Source: Anaeramoeba ignava BMAN (Eukaryota; Protista; Anaeramoebae). Taken from it: 64,000 nt of DNA. Both the position numbers and the translations under genes were made by a program. The notes below the pieces were generated by a model that had not been told where the DNA came from, searched no databases, and worked only from the letters and a program-made list of their open reading frames with translations. The stretch is taken from contig JAPDFW010000090.1 of assembly GCA_028826165.1 (NCBI GenBank), positions 225,783 through 289,782 on the forward strand, read 5' to 3'. Positions 37,576 to 49,259 of the stretch are shown here, one piece after another (within the stretch, counting starts at the first letter, position 1; every line of letters starts with the position of its first letter).

Positions 37576-39330
37576 ATGAATGATTGTTTATTTTTTGGTT
37601 TAAATGAAGATCCAAAACTTATCGAAAATGAAGAAGAAGAAATAACAAAACCAATTCAATTTAAATTTGAAAATGAAAATAAAAAACAAATTAAACAAAT
37701 TTCATCAGGAAGTTTTTCAACAATTTTCCTTTTTAAAAATGGAAAAGCAATAGAATATTTAAGTGAAGAATATTCAAATAAAAATCCTTCAAAAATTCAA
37801 ATTGAAAATATTCAAAAAGTAACTGTTGGTGATCAAAATGAAGCTATTTTAACAATAGAAGGAAATGTATTTGCCAAAGGAAAAGATATTTATATAAAAA
37901 ATCCAAATGAATTTATCAATATTTCATCATTAATTGAAGATACAAATGATAGAATAATTGAAGATGTTGTTTCTGGAGAAAGTTCAATTTACTTATTAAC
38001 TTCAAATCAAAATGCTTATGGAATTGGTTCAAATGAATATGGTCAACTTGGATTTGATTCTAAAACACTTGAAGAAACAGAAAAACCAATTTTAATGATG
38101 AAAAATGTTTCTAAAATATTTTCAGAAAATACTTCAAATCATGTTTTTCTTTTAAATCCAAATCAAGAATTATTTGGATGCGGATTTAATCTATATGATC
38201 AAGTTGGATTAGGAGAATCAAGAAAAGAAACAAAAATCCAAAAATTAACCAAAATCCAAAATATTCCAAAAGGTAAAATAATTGATATTAAATCTGGATA
38301 TTTTCATTCAATAATGTTGATTGAAAATGAAAATCAAAATGAAAATCCAAAAAGAAAACTTTATTCATGTGGATATTGGAAATATAATGGACTTGGCAAA
38401 GATGAAAATACTTATGAATTTACTGAAATCAAATCATCTTTATTTGAAAATGATGATTATATTCTTGATTTTTCTGTTGGAAATGCTCATACTTTGATTT
38501 TAACAACCAAAGGGAAACTATTCGGATTTGGAAATAATTTATCTGGCCAATTAGGAACTAAATATACAAATGATCAATCAATTCCAATTCAAATTGAACT
38601 TCCTAAATTAAGATTTAATGAAGAAATTTCCAATTATCATATTTCTTGTGGCATTAATAGATCATTTCTTTATTATTCTCCTCCTTCTTTTTCCAATCTT
38701 GAAGAAGATTTGATAAAATTATTTAAAAGAAAAGAATTTTGTAATATTTCATTTAAAACCAAAAATGGAGAAATAATTGAAGCTCATAAATTAATATTGA
38801 AATATAGATTAAATCAAAATCAAAATCAAATTGAAAAACTTAAAGAAATTATTTCAAAAAAATCAATTAAAGAATCAAATCAAATATTTGAAATGATTTA
38901 TTCAAACAGAATAATAAATCCAAAATTATATTCTGAAATTAAAGAAATTATAAATTCAAATGAAAAAATTGAAGAAACAATGAAAAGAATTTATTTAAAT
39001 GAAAATGAAAAAGATTTTATTATTGAAAGAAAAGAAAAACAATATAAATTTCCAAAATTAATATTAATAATGAGAAGTGAATTATATCGAGGAATGTTTT
39101 TATCTGTAACAGAAGATAAATCAAATAAAGTTACAGATTATAGTGAATTAAGTAATAAATCATTTCAAATATTTGAATATTGGATTTATTCAAATCAAAT
39201 TAAAGATGAAATTGAAATTACACAAGAAATAATTGATGAAATTGAATTTGGAATTGATTATTTTCAATTAAATCAAACAAATCCAAATTTATTTGATTTA
39301 TTAATTAACAAATTTAATAATCAAAATTAA
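37576..39330 (+). CDS. RCC1-repeat + tandem BTB-like protein, copy A (584 aa)
   Basis: GSNEYGQLG, SGYFHS, VGNAHTLIL, FGFGNNLSGQLG (RCC1); FCNISF...AHKLIL and KDFII...FPKLILIMRSELYRGMF (BTB); intronless. Confidence 0.9.
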   Translation: MNDCLFFGLNEDPKLIENEEEEITKPIQFKFENENKKQIKQISSGSFSTIFLFKNGKAIEYLSEEYSNKNPSKIQIENIQKVTVGDQNEAILTIEGNVFAKGKDIYIKNPNEFINISSLIEDTNDRIIEDVVSGESSIYLLTSNQNAYGIGSNEYGQLGFDSKTLEETEKPILMMKNVSKIFSENTSNHVFLLNPNQELFGCGFNLYDQVGLGESRKETKIQKLTKIQNIPKGKIIDIKSGYFHSIMLIENENQNENPKRKLYSCGYWKYNGLGKDENTYEFTEIKSSLFENDDYILDFSVGNAHTLILTTKGKLFGFGNNLSGQLGTKYTNDQSIPIQIELPKLRFNEEISNYHISCGINRSFLYYSPPSFSNLEEDLIKLFKRKEFCNISFKTKNGEIIEAHKLILKYRLNQNQNQIEKLKEIISKKSIKESNQIFEMIYSNRIINPKLYSEIKEIINSNEKIEETMKRIYLNENEKDFIIERKEKQYKFPKLILIMRSELYRGMFLSVTEDKSNKVTDYSELSNKSFQIFEYWIYSNQIKDEIEITQEIIDEIEFGIDYFQLNQTNPNLFDLLINKFNNQN

Positions 39331-39620
39331 AATTAAAATTAAAATCAAAATCAAAATTAAAATCAAAATTAAAATTAAAATTAAAAATTAAAATTAAAAT
39401 TAAAATTAAAATTAAAATTAAAATTAAAATTTAAAATTAAAATTAAAATTAAAAATAAAATTAAAATTAAAATTTATAAAATTAAAATTAAAATTAAAAA
39501 TAAAATTAAAATCAAAATTAAAATTAAAATTAAAATTAAAATTAAAATCAAAATCAAAATTAAAATTAAAATTAAAATTAAAATCAAAATTAAAATAAAA
39601 TTAAAATTAAAAATAAAAAA
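39330..39620. repeat. (TTAAAA/TCAAAA)n spacer between the RCC1-BTB copies
   Basis: Direct reading. Confidence 0.9.
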
Positions 39621-39661
39621 TTAAATTCCAAAATTATTTTTTCATTTTTTTCTTTTCAAAA

Positions 39662-41439
39662 ATGAATGATTGTTTATTTTTTGGTTCAAATGAAGATCCA
39701 ATTCTTTTCAAAAATAAACCAAATTTAATAACAAAACCAATTCAATTTAAATTTGAAAATGAAAATAAAAAACAAATTAAACAAATTTCAACAGGTGAAT
39801 TTTCAACAATTTTCCTTTTTAAAAATGGAAAAGCAATAGAATACTTCAAATATTCAAATCAAAATCCTCATAAAATTGAAATTGAAAATATTCAAAAAGT
39901 AACTGTTGGTAATCAAAATGAAGCTATTTTAACAATAGAAGGAAATGTATTTGCCAAAGGATGGAATATTAATCTAAATAATCCAAATGAATTTATCAAT
40001 ATTTCATCATTAATTGAAGATACAAATGATAGAATAATTCAAGATGTTGTTTCTGGAGAATATTCAATTTATTTATTAACTTCAAATCAAAATGCTTATG
40101 GAATTGGTTCAAATGAATTAGGTCAACTTGGTTTTGATTCTGAAACACTTGAAGAAACAGAAAAACCAATTTTAATGATGAAAAATGTTTCTAAAATATT
40201 TTCAGAAAATACTTCAAATTCTGTTTTTCTTTTAAATTCAAATCAAGAATTATTTGGATGCGGATTTAATCATCATGGACAACTTGGATTAGGAGAATCA
40301 AGAAAAAAAGAAACAAAAATCCAAAAATTAACCAAAATCCAAAATATTCCAAAAGGCAAAATAATTGATATTCAATCTGGATTTTATCATTCAATAATGT
40401 TAATTGAAAATCAAAATGAAAATCAAAATCCAAAAAGAAAACTTTATTCATGTGGATTTTTTCCATATAATGGACTTGGTAAATATAAAAATACTTATGA
40501 ATTTACTGAAATCAAATCATCTTTATTTGAAAATGATAATATTATTGATTTTTCTGTTGGATACAATCATACTTTGATTTTAACAACCAAAGGGAAACTA
40601 TTCGGATTTGGAAATAATTATTGGGGTGAATTAGGAATTGGAAATACAGAAAAAGATCAATTAATTCCAATTCAAATTGAACTTCCTAAATTAAGATTTA
40701 ATGAAAATATTTCTAATTATCATGTTCTTTGTGGATATTTAAAATCATTTATTTATTATTCTCCTTTCCTCTCTCCTTTTTCCAATCTTGAAGAAGATTT
40801 GATAAAATTATTTGGAAGAAAAGAATTTTGTGATATTTCATTTAAAACCGAAAATGGAGAAATAATCTAAAGCTCATAAATTAATATTGAAATATAGATT
40901 AAATCAAAATCAAAATAAAATTGAAAAACTTCAAGAAATTATTTCAAAAAAATCAATTCAAAGAATCAAATCAAATATTTGAAATGATTTATTCAAACAA
41001 AATAATAAATCCAAAATTATATTCTGAAATTAAAGAAATTATAAATTCAAATGAAAAAATTGAAGAAACAATGAAAAGAATTTATTTAAATGAAAATGAA
41101 AATGAAAATGAAAAAGATTTTATTATTGAAAGAAAAGAAAAACAATATAAATTTCCAAAATTAATATTAATAATGAGAAGTGAATTATATCGAGGAATGT
41201 TTTTATCTGTAACAGAAGATAAATCAAATAAAGTTACAGATTATAGTGAATTAAGTAATAAATCATTTCAAATATTTGAATATTGGATTTATTCAAATCA
41301 AATTAAAGATGAAATTGAAATTACACAAGAAATCATTGATGAAATTCAATTTGGAATTGATTATTTTCAATTAAATCAAACAAATCCAAATTTATTTGAT
41401 TTATTAATTAAGAAATTTAAAAATCAAAATCAAAATTAA
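39662..41439 (+). CDS. RCC1-repeat + tandem BTB-like protein, copy B (two +1 insertions at ~40868 and ~40959; error or recent pseudogene)
   Basis: Aligns end to end with copy A; ORFs 39662-40870 and 40921-41439. Confidence 0.8.
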
Positions 41440-41440
41440 A

Positions 41441-41505
41441 ATTCATTTTTTCATTTTTTCATTTTTTCATTTTTTCATTTTTCATTTTTTCTTTTTTTCA
41501 TTTTT
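41441..41505 (+). promoter_or_regulatory. Tandem TCATTTTT initiator-like motifs (x6) upstream of ARL5
   Basis: attcattttttcattttttcattttttcattttttcatttttcatttttt lies immediately after the upstream stop. Confidence 0.6.
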
Positions 41506-41534
41506 AATCAAAAATTTCGTTTTAAAATTAAAAA

Positions 41535-42352
41535 ATGGGTTTGAAAATAAAAAATTAAATAAAATAAAAATAAAAATTAAAAATTAAAATAAAAATAGGC
41601 GGATTTTTTACAAAACTATTCAAAGGATTATTTGGGGATGAGAACTATCGAATATTAATCCTCGGATTAGATGGAGTTGGAAAAACGACGATTTTATATC
41701 AAATGAGTATAGGGGAAGTTGTATATACAAAACCAACAATAGGAAGCAATGTCGAAGAAGTAAAATTTAACAATCTAAAATTCGAGTGCTGGGACGTCGG
41801 GGGACAAGAGTCCATCAGAGAATCTTGGTCCTCGTATTACGTCGATACTAACGCTGTTGTTTTGGTTGTCGATTCTTCTGACCATGAAAGAATTGACTTG
41901 ATCCAAAACGAACTTTTTTCAATGGCGAACCATCAAGTTTTTAATTTAAAAATTTTTCCCCATCTTGAGATCCTTTTTTTTTATACCTTTTATCTTTTTC
42001 TTCCTTTTGTTCTTTTTTTTTAAAGGATTTGAAAAACGCTTTATTTCTTGTTTTTGCAAATAAACAAGATATTAATGGTGCTATGAATTCTTCTCAACTT
42101 TCAAAGGCTCTCAAATTATCCTCAATTAAGGATCAAGAATGGCACATACAAAGTTGTTGTGCACTTACTGGAGAAGGGTTTTTATTATTAATATATTTTT
42201 CAATCCTATTTTTGTTTTGGATTTTTTTTGAACTAATTCAATTTATTTAATTTTTTTATTTAATTTTTTTTTATTTAATTTATTTAACTTTTTTATTTAG
42301 TCTAAAAGAAGGTTGGACTTGGTTAGCTAACAAACTTAAAAAGAAAAAATAA
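41535..42352 (+). CDS. ARL5: ADP-ribosylation factor-like GTPase ARL5 (181 aa); exons 41535-41538, 41599-41936, 42026-42177, 42301-42352
   Basis: MGGFFTKLF (myristoylation Gly2), [45 protein letters not shown] and [18 protein letters not shown] and CCALTGEG are ARL5-type. Confidence 0.9.
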
Positions 42353-42572
42353 ATTCTATTTTATTTGTTTTACTTCTCCTGTTTATACTTATTTTCGTTC
42401 TTTCAAAAATATTTTCATTCCACTTTTCTTTTTCTTAATTAAAAAATAAAATTAAAAAATAAAAATAAAAATAAAAATAAAACTTTTTCTTTTGTGATTT
42501 TTATTGGAAATTGAATTGAAATTGAACTGAAATTTAAAATGAAAATTTAAAATGAAAATTTAAAATGAAAAT

Positions 42573-45500
42573 TCAAAAATTAAAATCATCTCCAAAATCA
42601 TCAAAATCATTTCCAAAATCATCAAATCCTTTTGTTTGTTTCTTAGGATCAGATTTAATATCAAAATCATCAAATCCTTTTGGTTGTTTTTTATCATTAG
42701 ATTTAATATCAAAATCATCTCCAAAATCATCAAATCCTTTAGGTTGTTTCTTATCATTAGGTTTAATATCAAAATCATTTCCAAAATCATCAAATCCTTT
42801 TGTTTGTTTCTTATCATTAGGTTTAATATCAAAATCATCACCAAAATCATCAAATCCTTTTGTTTGTTTCTTAGGATCAGATTTAATATCAAAATCATCT
42901 CCAAAATCATCAAATCCTTTAGGTTGTTTCTTATCATTAGGTTTCATATCAAAATCATTTCCAAAATCATCAAATCCTTTTGATTGTTTTTTATCATTAG
43001 GTTTAATATCAAAATCATCTCCAAAATCATCAAATCCTTTTGTTTGTTTCTTAGGATCAGATTTAATATCAAAATCATCTCCAAAATCATCAAATCCTTT
43101 TGTTTGTTTTTTATCATTAGGTTTAATATCAAAATCATCTCCAAAATCATCAAATCCTTTTGGTTGTTTTTTATCATTAGGTTTAATATCAAAATCATCA
43201 CCAAAATCATCAAATCCTTTTGTTTGTTTCTTAGGATCAGATTTAATATCAAAATCATCAAATCCTTTTGGTTTGTTTTTTATCATTAGGTTTAATATCA
43301 AAATCATTTCCAAAATCATCAAATCCTTTTGGTTGTTTTTTATCATTAGGTTTAATATCAAAATCATCACCAAAATCATCAAATCCTTTTGTTTGTTTCT
43401 TATCATTAGGTTTAATATCAAAATCATTTCCAAAATCATCAAATCCTTTTGGTTGTTTTTTATCATTAGGTTTAATATCAAAATCATTTCCAAAATCATC
43501 AAATCCTTTTGGTTTGTTTTTATCATTAGGTTTAATATCAAAATCATTTCCAAAATCATCAAATCCTTTTGGTTGTTTTTTATCATTAGGTTTAATATCA
43601 AAATCATTTCCAAAATCATCAAATCCTTTTGTTTGTTTCTTAGGATCAGATTTAATATCAAAATCATCAAATCCTTTTGGTTGTTTTTTATCATTAGGTT
43701 TAATATCAAAATCATCACCAAAATCATCAAATCCTTTTGGTTGTTTTTTATCATTAGGTTTCATATCAAAATCATTTCCAAAATCATCAAATGGTTTTGG
43801 TTGTTTCTTATCATTAGATTTAATATCAAAATCATTTCCAAAATCATCAAATGGTTTTGGTTGTTTCTTATCATTAGGTTTAATATCAAAATCATCACCA
43901 AAATCATCAAATCCTTTTGGTTGTTTTTTATCATTAGATTTAATATCAAAATCATTTCCAAAATCATCAAATCCTTTAGGTTGTTTCTTATCATTAGGTT
44001 TAATATCAAAATCATCACCAAAATCATCAAATCCTTTTGGTTGTTTCTTATCATTAGGTTTAATATCAAAATCATCACCAAAATCATCAAATCCTTTAGG
44101 TTGTTTCTTATCATTAGGTTTAATATCGAAATCATTTCCAAAATCATCAAATCCTTTAGGTTGTTTCTTAGGATCAGATTTAATATCAAAATCATTTCCA
44201 AAATCATCAAATCCTTTTGGTTGTTTCTTATCATTAGGTTTCATATCGAAATCATTTCCAAAATCATCAAATGGTTTTGGTTGTTTTTTGTCATTAGGTT
44301 TCATATCGAAATCATTTCCAAAATCATCAAATCCTTTTGTTTGTTTCTTATCATTAGGTTTAATATCAAAATCATTTCCAAAATCATCAAATCGGTTTTA
44401 GGTTGTTGTTTGTCATTAGGTTTAATATCAAAATCATTTCCAAAATCATCAAATGGTTTTGGTTGTTGCTTAACATCAGGTTTCATACCAAAATCATCAA
44501 ATCCTTTAGGTTGTTTCTTGTCATCAGATTTTATATCAAAATCACCCATAAGATCTATATTTGGGTTCTGTTGATTACCTTTCTTTGATTCTTCATGATC
44601 CAAATTCATCAAATCATTTTCAACAATTTGGTTTTGAGGATTGATAGAAATATCTTCATTGTGAAAAGTTGGTTGTATTCCAATTGCTAAATTAGGATCA
44701 TTTAATTCTTGAAGAACAATTCCACTGTTTTCATATTGAGAAGATAGCAACGAAATTTTTTGATAAAGTTCTTTTAACTCTTGTGCTTGTTGTTGAGCTT
44801 TTTGTGTTTCGGAATTTAAATATCTATTCAATTGATTTGCACGAATGTTTTCAATTGGAGCTCCATTTCTTGTTTGTTGAAGACATTGTTTTAAATCAGC
44901 ATTTGATATTTTCAACTCATTTTGCAATCTTTCCAAAGTTTCAATTTTCAACTCAGCCTTTTCGTTAATTTTCTCATTTTCTTTTGCAATTTCTTGATAA
45001 GAATCTCTTTGTTGTGAATACATCTCAATACTTGATTGAAGAAAAGAAATTTTTTCAACAAGAAAATCTTTTTTAATCATTAAATTTTCAAATTGAACTT
45101 GCAATTCGGAAATTCTTTTTTGTTTCAATAAATTCATTTGAGCTTCTCGCTCTTGTTTTTGTTTAGCTTCAAATGCTTGTTGATTCATTAAGATTTGCTG
45201 TTGTTGCTGTTGTTGATAATTGATTGTGTTTTCTGGATTTTGTTGATTTGATTGTGGATTAATATCAAATGCATTTGCACTGATTTGGACTTTTTCTTGT
45301 GAATCAAAAGAAAATGAATCAAAATTTTGGGTTTGTGGCTCCATTTTTGTTGGTTCTTTTACAGGTTGTTGAGTTTGATTAAATGGGGGAAATGAGTTAA
45401 ATTGTGGTTGTGAATTTGGTTGATTTTGTTGAGTTGATTCTGAAGGAAAATTAGATTGATTCATTTGTGGATTGAAAGGAGGAAAAGGTGTATCCATTTG

Positions 45501-48500
45501 ATTTTGATTTTGATTTTGATTTTGATTTTGATTTTGGAATCCAAATGATTCATTTTGTTGACTTGGATTTGGATTTGGATTTGGATTTTGTTCTCCTGAA
45601 TCTCCATCTAAAGATCGAAGAATATCCCATTTGTTTTCTGAATTATTTTCTGTTTGAGGTTTTGGGAAAATGCGTTTTTGTTTTGGTTGTTCTGGTTCTT
45701 GAGGTTGTTCTTGTTGTTGAAAGGATTGAGATTGGAAAGACATTGGGTTAATATTTTGAGAAAATTGATTGAAATTATTCATATTGTTCATATTATTCAT
45801 ATTGTTCATATTATTCATATTATTCATATTATTCATGTTATTTACATTATTCACATTATTCATATTATTCATTGATTCAAATCCTCCCATTTGATCAAAT
45901 GAATTCATCCCAAAATTCATGCCATTTTGCATTATATTTTGATCCCCAATATTGAAATTTGATTGAAAATTTTGATTTTGATTTGGATTTGGATTTTGAT
46001 TTTGATTTTGATTAAAAAATCCTCCAGTATTAAATTCATCTTGTTTAGGTTTTTCTGTTTCTTTTTGTTCTTTTACTTGTTTTGATTTATGCAAATTGGA
46101 TGGAAGTAAATCACCAAATAAATCATCAGATTCTTGTTTTTGAGGTTGAACTTGTGTTTGATTTTGAGTTTGAACTTGATTAGAAAGTGAAAGTATTGAT
46201 TTTGCATTAATTGATTGGGGAACTACTTTAGTAATTTTAAATTGAGAAATGAGATGAAGTAAAATTGCGAATTGGTCTTTTGTTAAATTTCCAGAAGATT
46301 GCGGATCAACTAAAATCCATAATTGTTGTAAAATGGGTTCAGGAACAAGATATTGTCTAAGAAATCCTATAATATTACTTCCTAAAAAAAATGTGAATAT
46401 AAATATGAATATAAATATTTAGAAAAAGATATTATTTTTTTTAAAAAAAAAGATTAACCTGAAACTTTTCCAGTTCTTTGAACATCATATTGATTAAAAG
46501 AAGAATAATATTGCTCAAGAAGAGGTTTTTGTATTGGAGGAATTGAAGGTGTTTGGGTTTGAATTGAAGGAAAAGAAGTTTCAATTGGTTGTTGTTGTTG
46601 TGGTTGCTGTAATTGAGGTTGTATTTGTTGTGGTTTGTTTTGGTTTGCTGCTTGAACAACATTTGTCATTGCTTGAAGAAATTCGTCTTGATTAATTTTT
46701 GAGTTATGATCAGTATCAAAAGTGGAAAAAATTGAAGTTAGTTGATTTCTTGGTAAATTTGTTTTAGATAAAAACTTATAAAATTGGACATCTAAAATGA
46801 ATTTAATTTTTTTAATATTATAAATGAATTTTAATTTTGATTTTAATTTTAATTTTGATTTTAATTTTAATTTTAATTTTAATTTTAATTTTAATTTTAA
46901 TTTTAATTTTAATATTAATTTTAATTTTAATTTTAATTTTATAAATGAATTTTAATTTTAATATTAATTTTAATTTTAATTTTAATTTTAATTTTAATTT
47001 TAATTTTAATTTTAATTTTAATATTAAATTTAAATTTTAATTTTAATTTTAATTTAATTTTAATTTTAATTTTTTTAATTTTAATTTTAACCAGAAATTA
47101 ATCCATCTTTATCCTTATCAAGTTGCTTAAATTGTGAAATAAGTGTTTGATTTTGTGAATTTGTTTGTTGGAAATTTGTTGTGTTTGTTGGTTGATTTTG
47201 CATTTGTTTTTTAAAAGCAGCTTGAACTTTTTTTGAAGTAGAAAATTTTGGAAGATATGAACTTTCTATTATTATTTTAATTTTTGATTTTTATTATAAT
47301 TTTAATTTTTATTTTTAATTTTAATTTTTAATTTTAATTTTAAATTTTTACCAAGAGGTTTATGTTGAGCATAAACAAGATTTTCAGTTAATGGTTTATT
47401 GTGTTGTGATAAAGCAACCATTCTTAAAGCAAGAAAGAATTCTTCTTTTTGAAGATAACCTCTTCTTCTATTATCAGCATAATTCCAAATCTTTTATGAT
47501 TTTAATTTTAATTTTAATTTTAATTTTAATTTTCAAAATTAATTTTAATTTTAATTTTAATTTTGATTTTGATTTTAATTTTAATATTAATTTTAATTTT
47601 ATAAATGAATTTTAATTTTAATTTTAATTTTAATTTTAATTTTAATTTTGATTTTAATTTTAATTTTAATTTTAATTTTAATTTTAATTTTAATTTTAAT
47701 TTTTAATTTTAATTTTAATTTTAATTTTAATTTTAATTTTAATTTTAATTTTAATTTTAATTTTAATTTTATTATTTAATTTTGATTTTAATTTTAATAT
47801 TCAAAATGAATTTTAATTTTAATTTTTATTTTATTTTTTTAATTTTAATTTTAATTTTAATTTTAATTTTAATTTTTAATTTTAATTTTTAATTTTAATT
47901 TTAATTTTAATTTTAATTTTAATTTTAATTTTAATTTTAATTTCAATTTTAATTTTAATTTTAATTTTAATTTTAAATTTTAATTTTAATTTTAATTTTA
48001 ATTTTAATTTTAATTTTAATTTTAATTTTAATTTTAATTTTAATTTTAATTTTAATTTTAATTATAATTTTAATTTTAATTTAATTTTGATTTTAATTTT
48101 AATATTCAAAATGAATTTTTAATTTTAATTTTTATTTTGATTTTTATTATGATTTTAATTTTAATTTTATTTTTAATTTTAATTTTAATTTTAATTTTAA
48201 TTTTAATTTTTTAATTTAAATTTTAATTTTAATTTTAATTTTGATTTTTATTTTAATTTTAATTTTAATTTTAATTATAATTTTAATTTTGATTTTTATT
48301 TTAATTTTTATTTTAATTTTGATTTTAATTTTAATTTTAATTTTAATTTTAATTTCAATTTAATTTTGTACAGTCGCTAAAGTTTGTGGAGGTAAGCCTG
48401 ACTTTGGGAAATAATCAAAGAATTCTTTTCTTTCAATAACACCATCATGATCAGAATCAACAGATTCAAAAAGTTCTCGAAAAACTCTATCCTCATTTCT

Positions 48501-48974
48501 TGAATATTTAGGAGGTTGTTTTGGAGGTTGAAGAGTTTGTTGAACAGGCTCTGTATTTGGATTATTCATTGTATTCATCATTGGATTTGTTTGATTGAAT
48601 TGTAATTGTTGTTGCTGCATTGGAAATTGAGGCTGCATTTGAGGAAGTGTGTTCAAGTTGCCTTGTTGCATCCCAAAATTTGTCATCATTCCAAATCCTT
48701 GTTGTCCTTGAAACCCAAAGTTTTGTGTTTGAAATGATTGTGTCGGTTTGAATGCATCTTGTGGATTTGTATTGGAAAATCCTGAAGTTGAAATTTGAAT
48801 AAGAAGAGAAAATTTAATTTTTTTATTTTTATTAATTTTTTATTTTTTTTTTATTTATTTTTTTAAACCTGTTTGATTTGATGTTGTATCAAATGCACTA
48901 CTCCAATTTGTTGAAAAACTTTGTGAATTTGAATTTCCAAAACCAGTTGAAAAATCATCCCAACCGTTTGACAT
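42573..48974 (-). CDS. Eps15/Ede1-like adaptor: 3 EH domains, Q/N-rich linker, coiled coil, long acidic-Phe repeat tail (6 exons; two indels in the repeat array)
   Basis: ATG 48974 (MSNGWDDF). EH1 FRELFESVDSDHDG...SGLPPQTLAT|IWNYADNRRRGYLQKEEFFLALRMV, EH2 FKQLDKDKDGLIS, EH3 ILQQLWILVDPQSSGNLTKDQFAILLHLI. Tail KGFDDFGDDFDIKPNDKKQP repeats. Confidence 0.85.
42575..44545 (-). repeat. 60-bp (some 48-bp) coding tandem repeat, >30 copies
   Basis: Unit encodes KGFDDFG(D/N)DFDIKPNDKKQ(P/T). Confidence 0.95.
46800..48362. repeat. (TTTTAA)n microsatellite tracts filling three introns of the EH-domain gene
   Basis: Tracts at ~46830-47090, 47275-47345 and 47500-48362, interrupted by exons. Confidence 0.88.
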
Positions 48975-49259
48975 TTTTAAAAAAAAAAATTTAAAAAAAA
49001 TGAAAAAAATGAAAAATGAAAAAAATGAAAATAAATTTTTTTGAGTTCTTATTTTTATTTCTCTATTTTTAATTTTAATTTTAATTTTAATTTTTAATTT
49101 TAATTTTAATTTTGAAATGAATTTGAATTTTAATTTTGTTCCACTTTTTAAATTAATTTTGAAATGAATTTTAATTTTGTTCCACTTTTTAAATTAATTT
49201 TGAAATGAATTTTAATTTTGTTCCACTTTTTAAATTAATTTTAATTTTAATTTTGAATT

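Noticed and set aside
37441-39400. TAA reassigned to Gln (as in hexamitids and ciliates), suggested by AAT-CAA/AAT-TAA tracts
   Set aside because: ARL5, G-alpha, UEV and the nitrilase end in TAA at the expected homologous C-termini, and no conserved domain needs an in-frame TAA.
37576-41439. Diversity-generating retroelement as the cause of RCC1 loop variation
   Set aside because: The differences are not adenine-restricted, and no template repeat or reverse transcriptase is present in the window.
4541-44400. Programmed frameshifting or pseudogenisation suggested by +1 breaks at ~4547, ~5250, ~40868, ~40959, ~43270 and ~44393
   Set aside because: Each extra base sits where paralogues or repeat units plausibly differ, and it looks like both alleles written side by side (TCT/TCG, TTC/TTT, ATT/ATC). 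This is typical of polishing over collapsed copies. No shared slippery motif was seen; raw reads would settle it.
42565-44574. Plus-strand 669-aa and 377-aa ORFs, and a CRISPR-like look of the 60-bp array
   Set aside because: These are antisense shadows of the coding repeat. There are no unique spacers and no cas genes.
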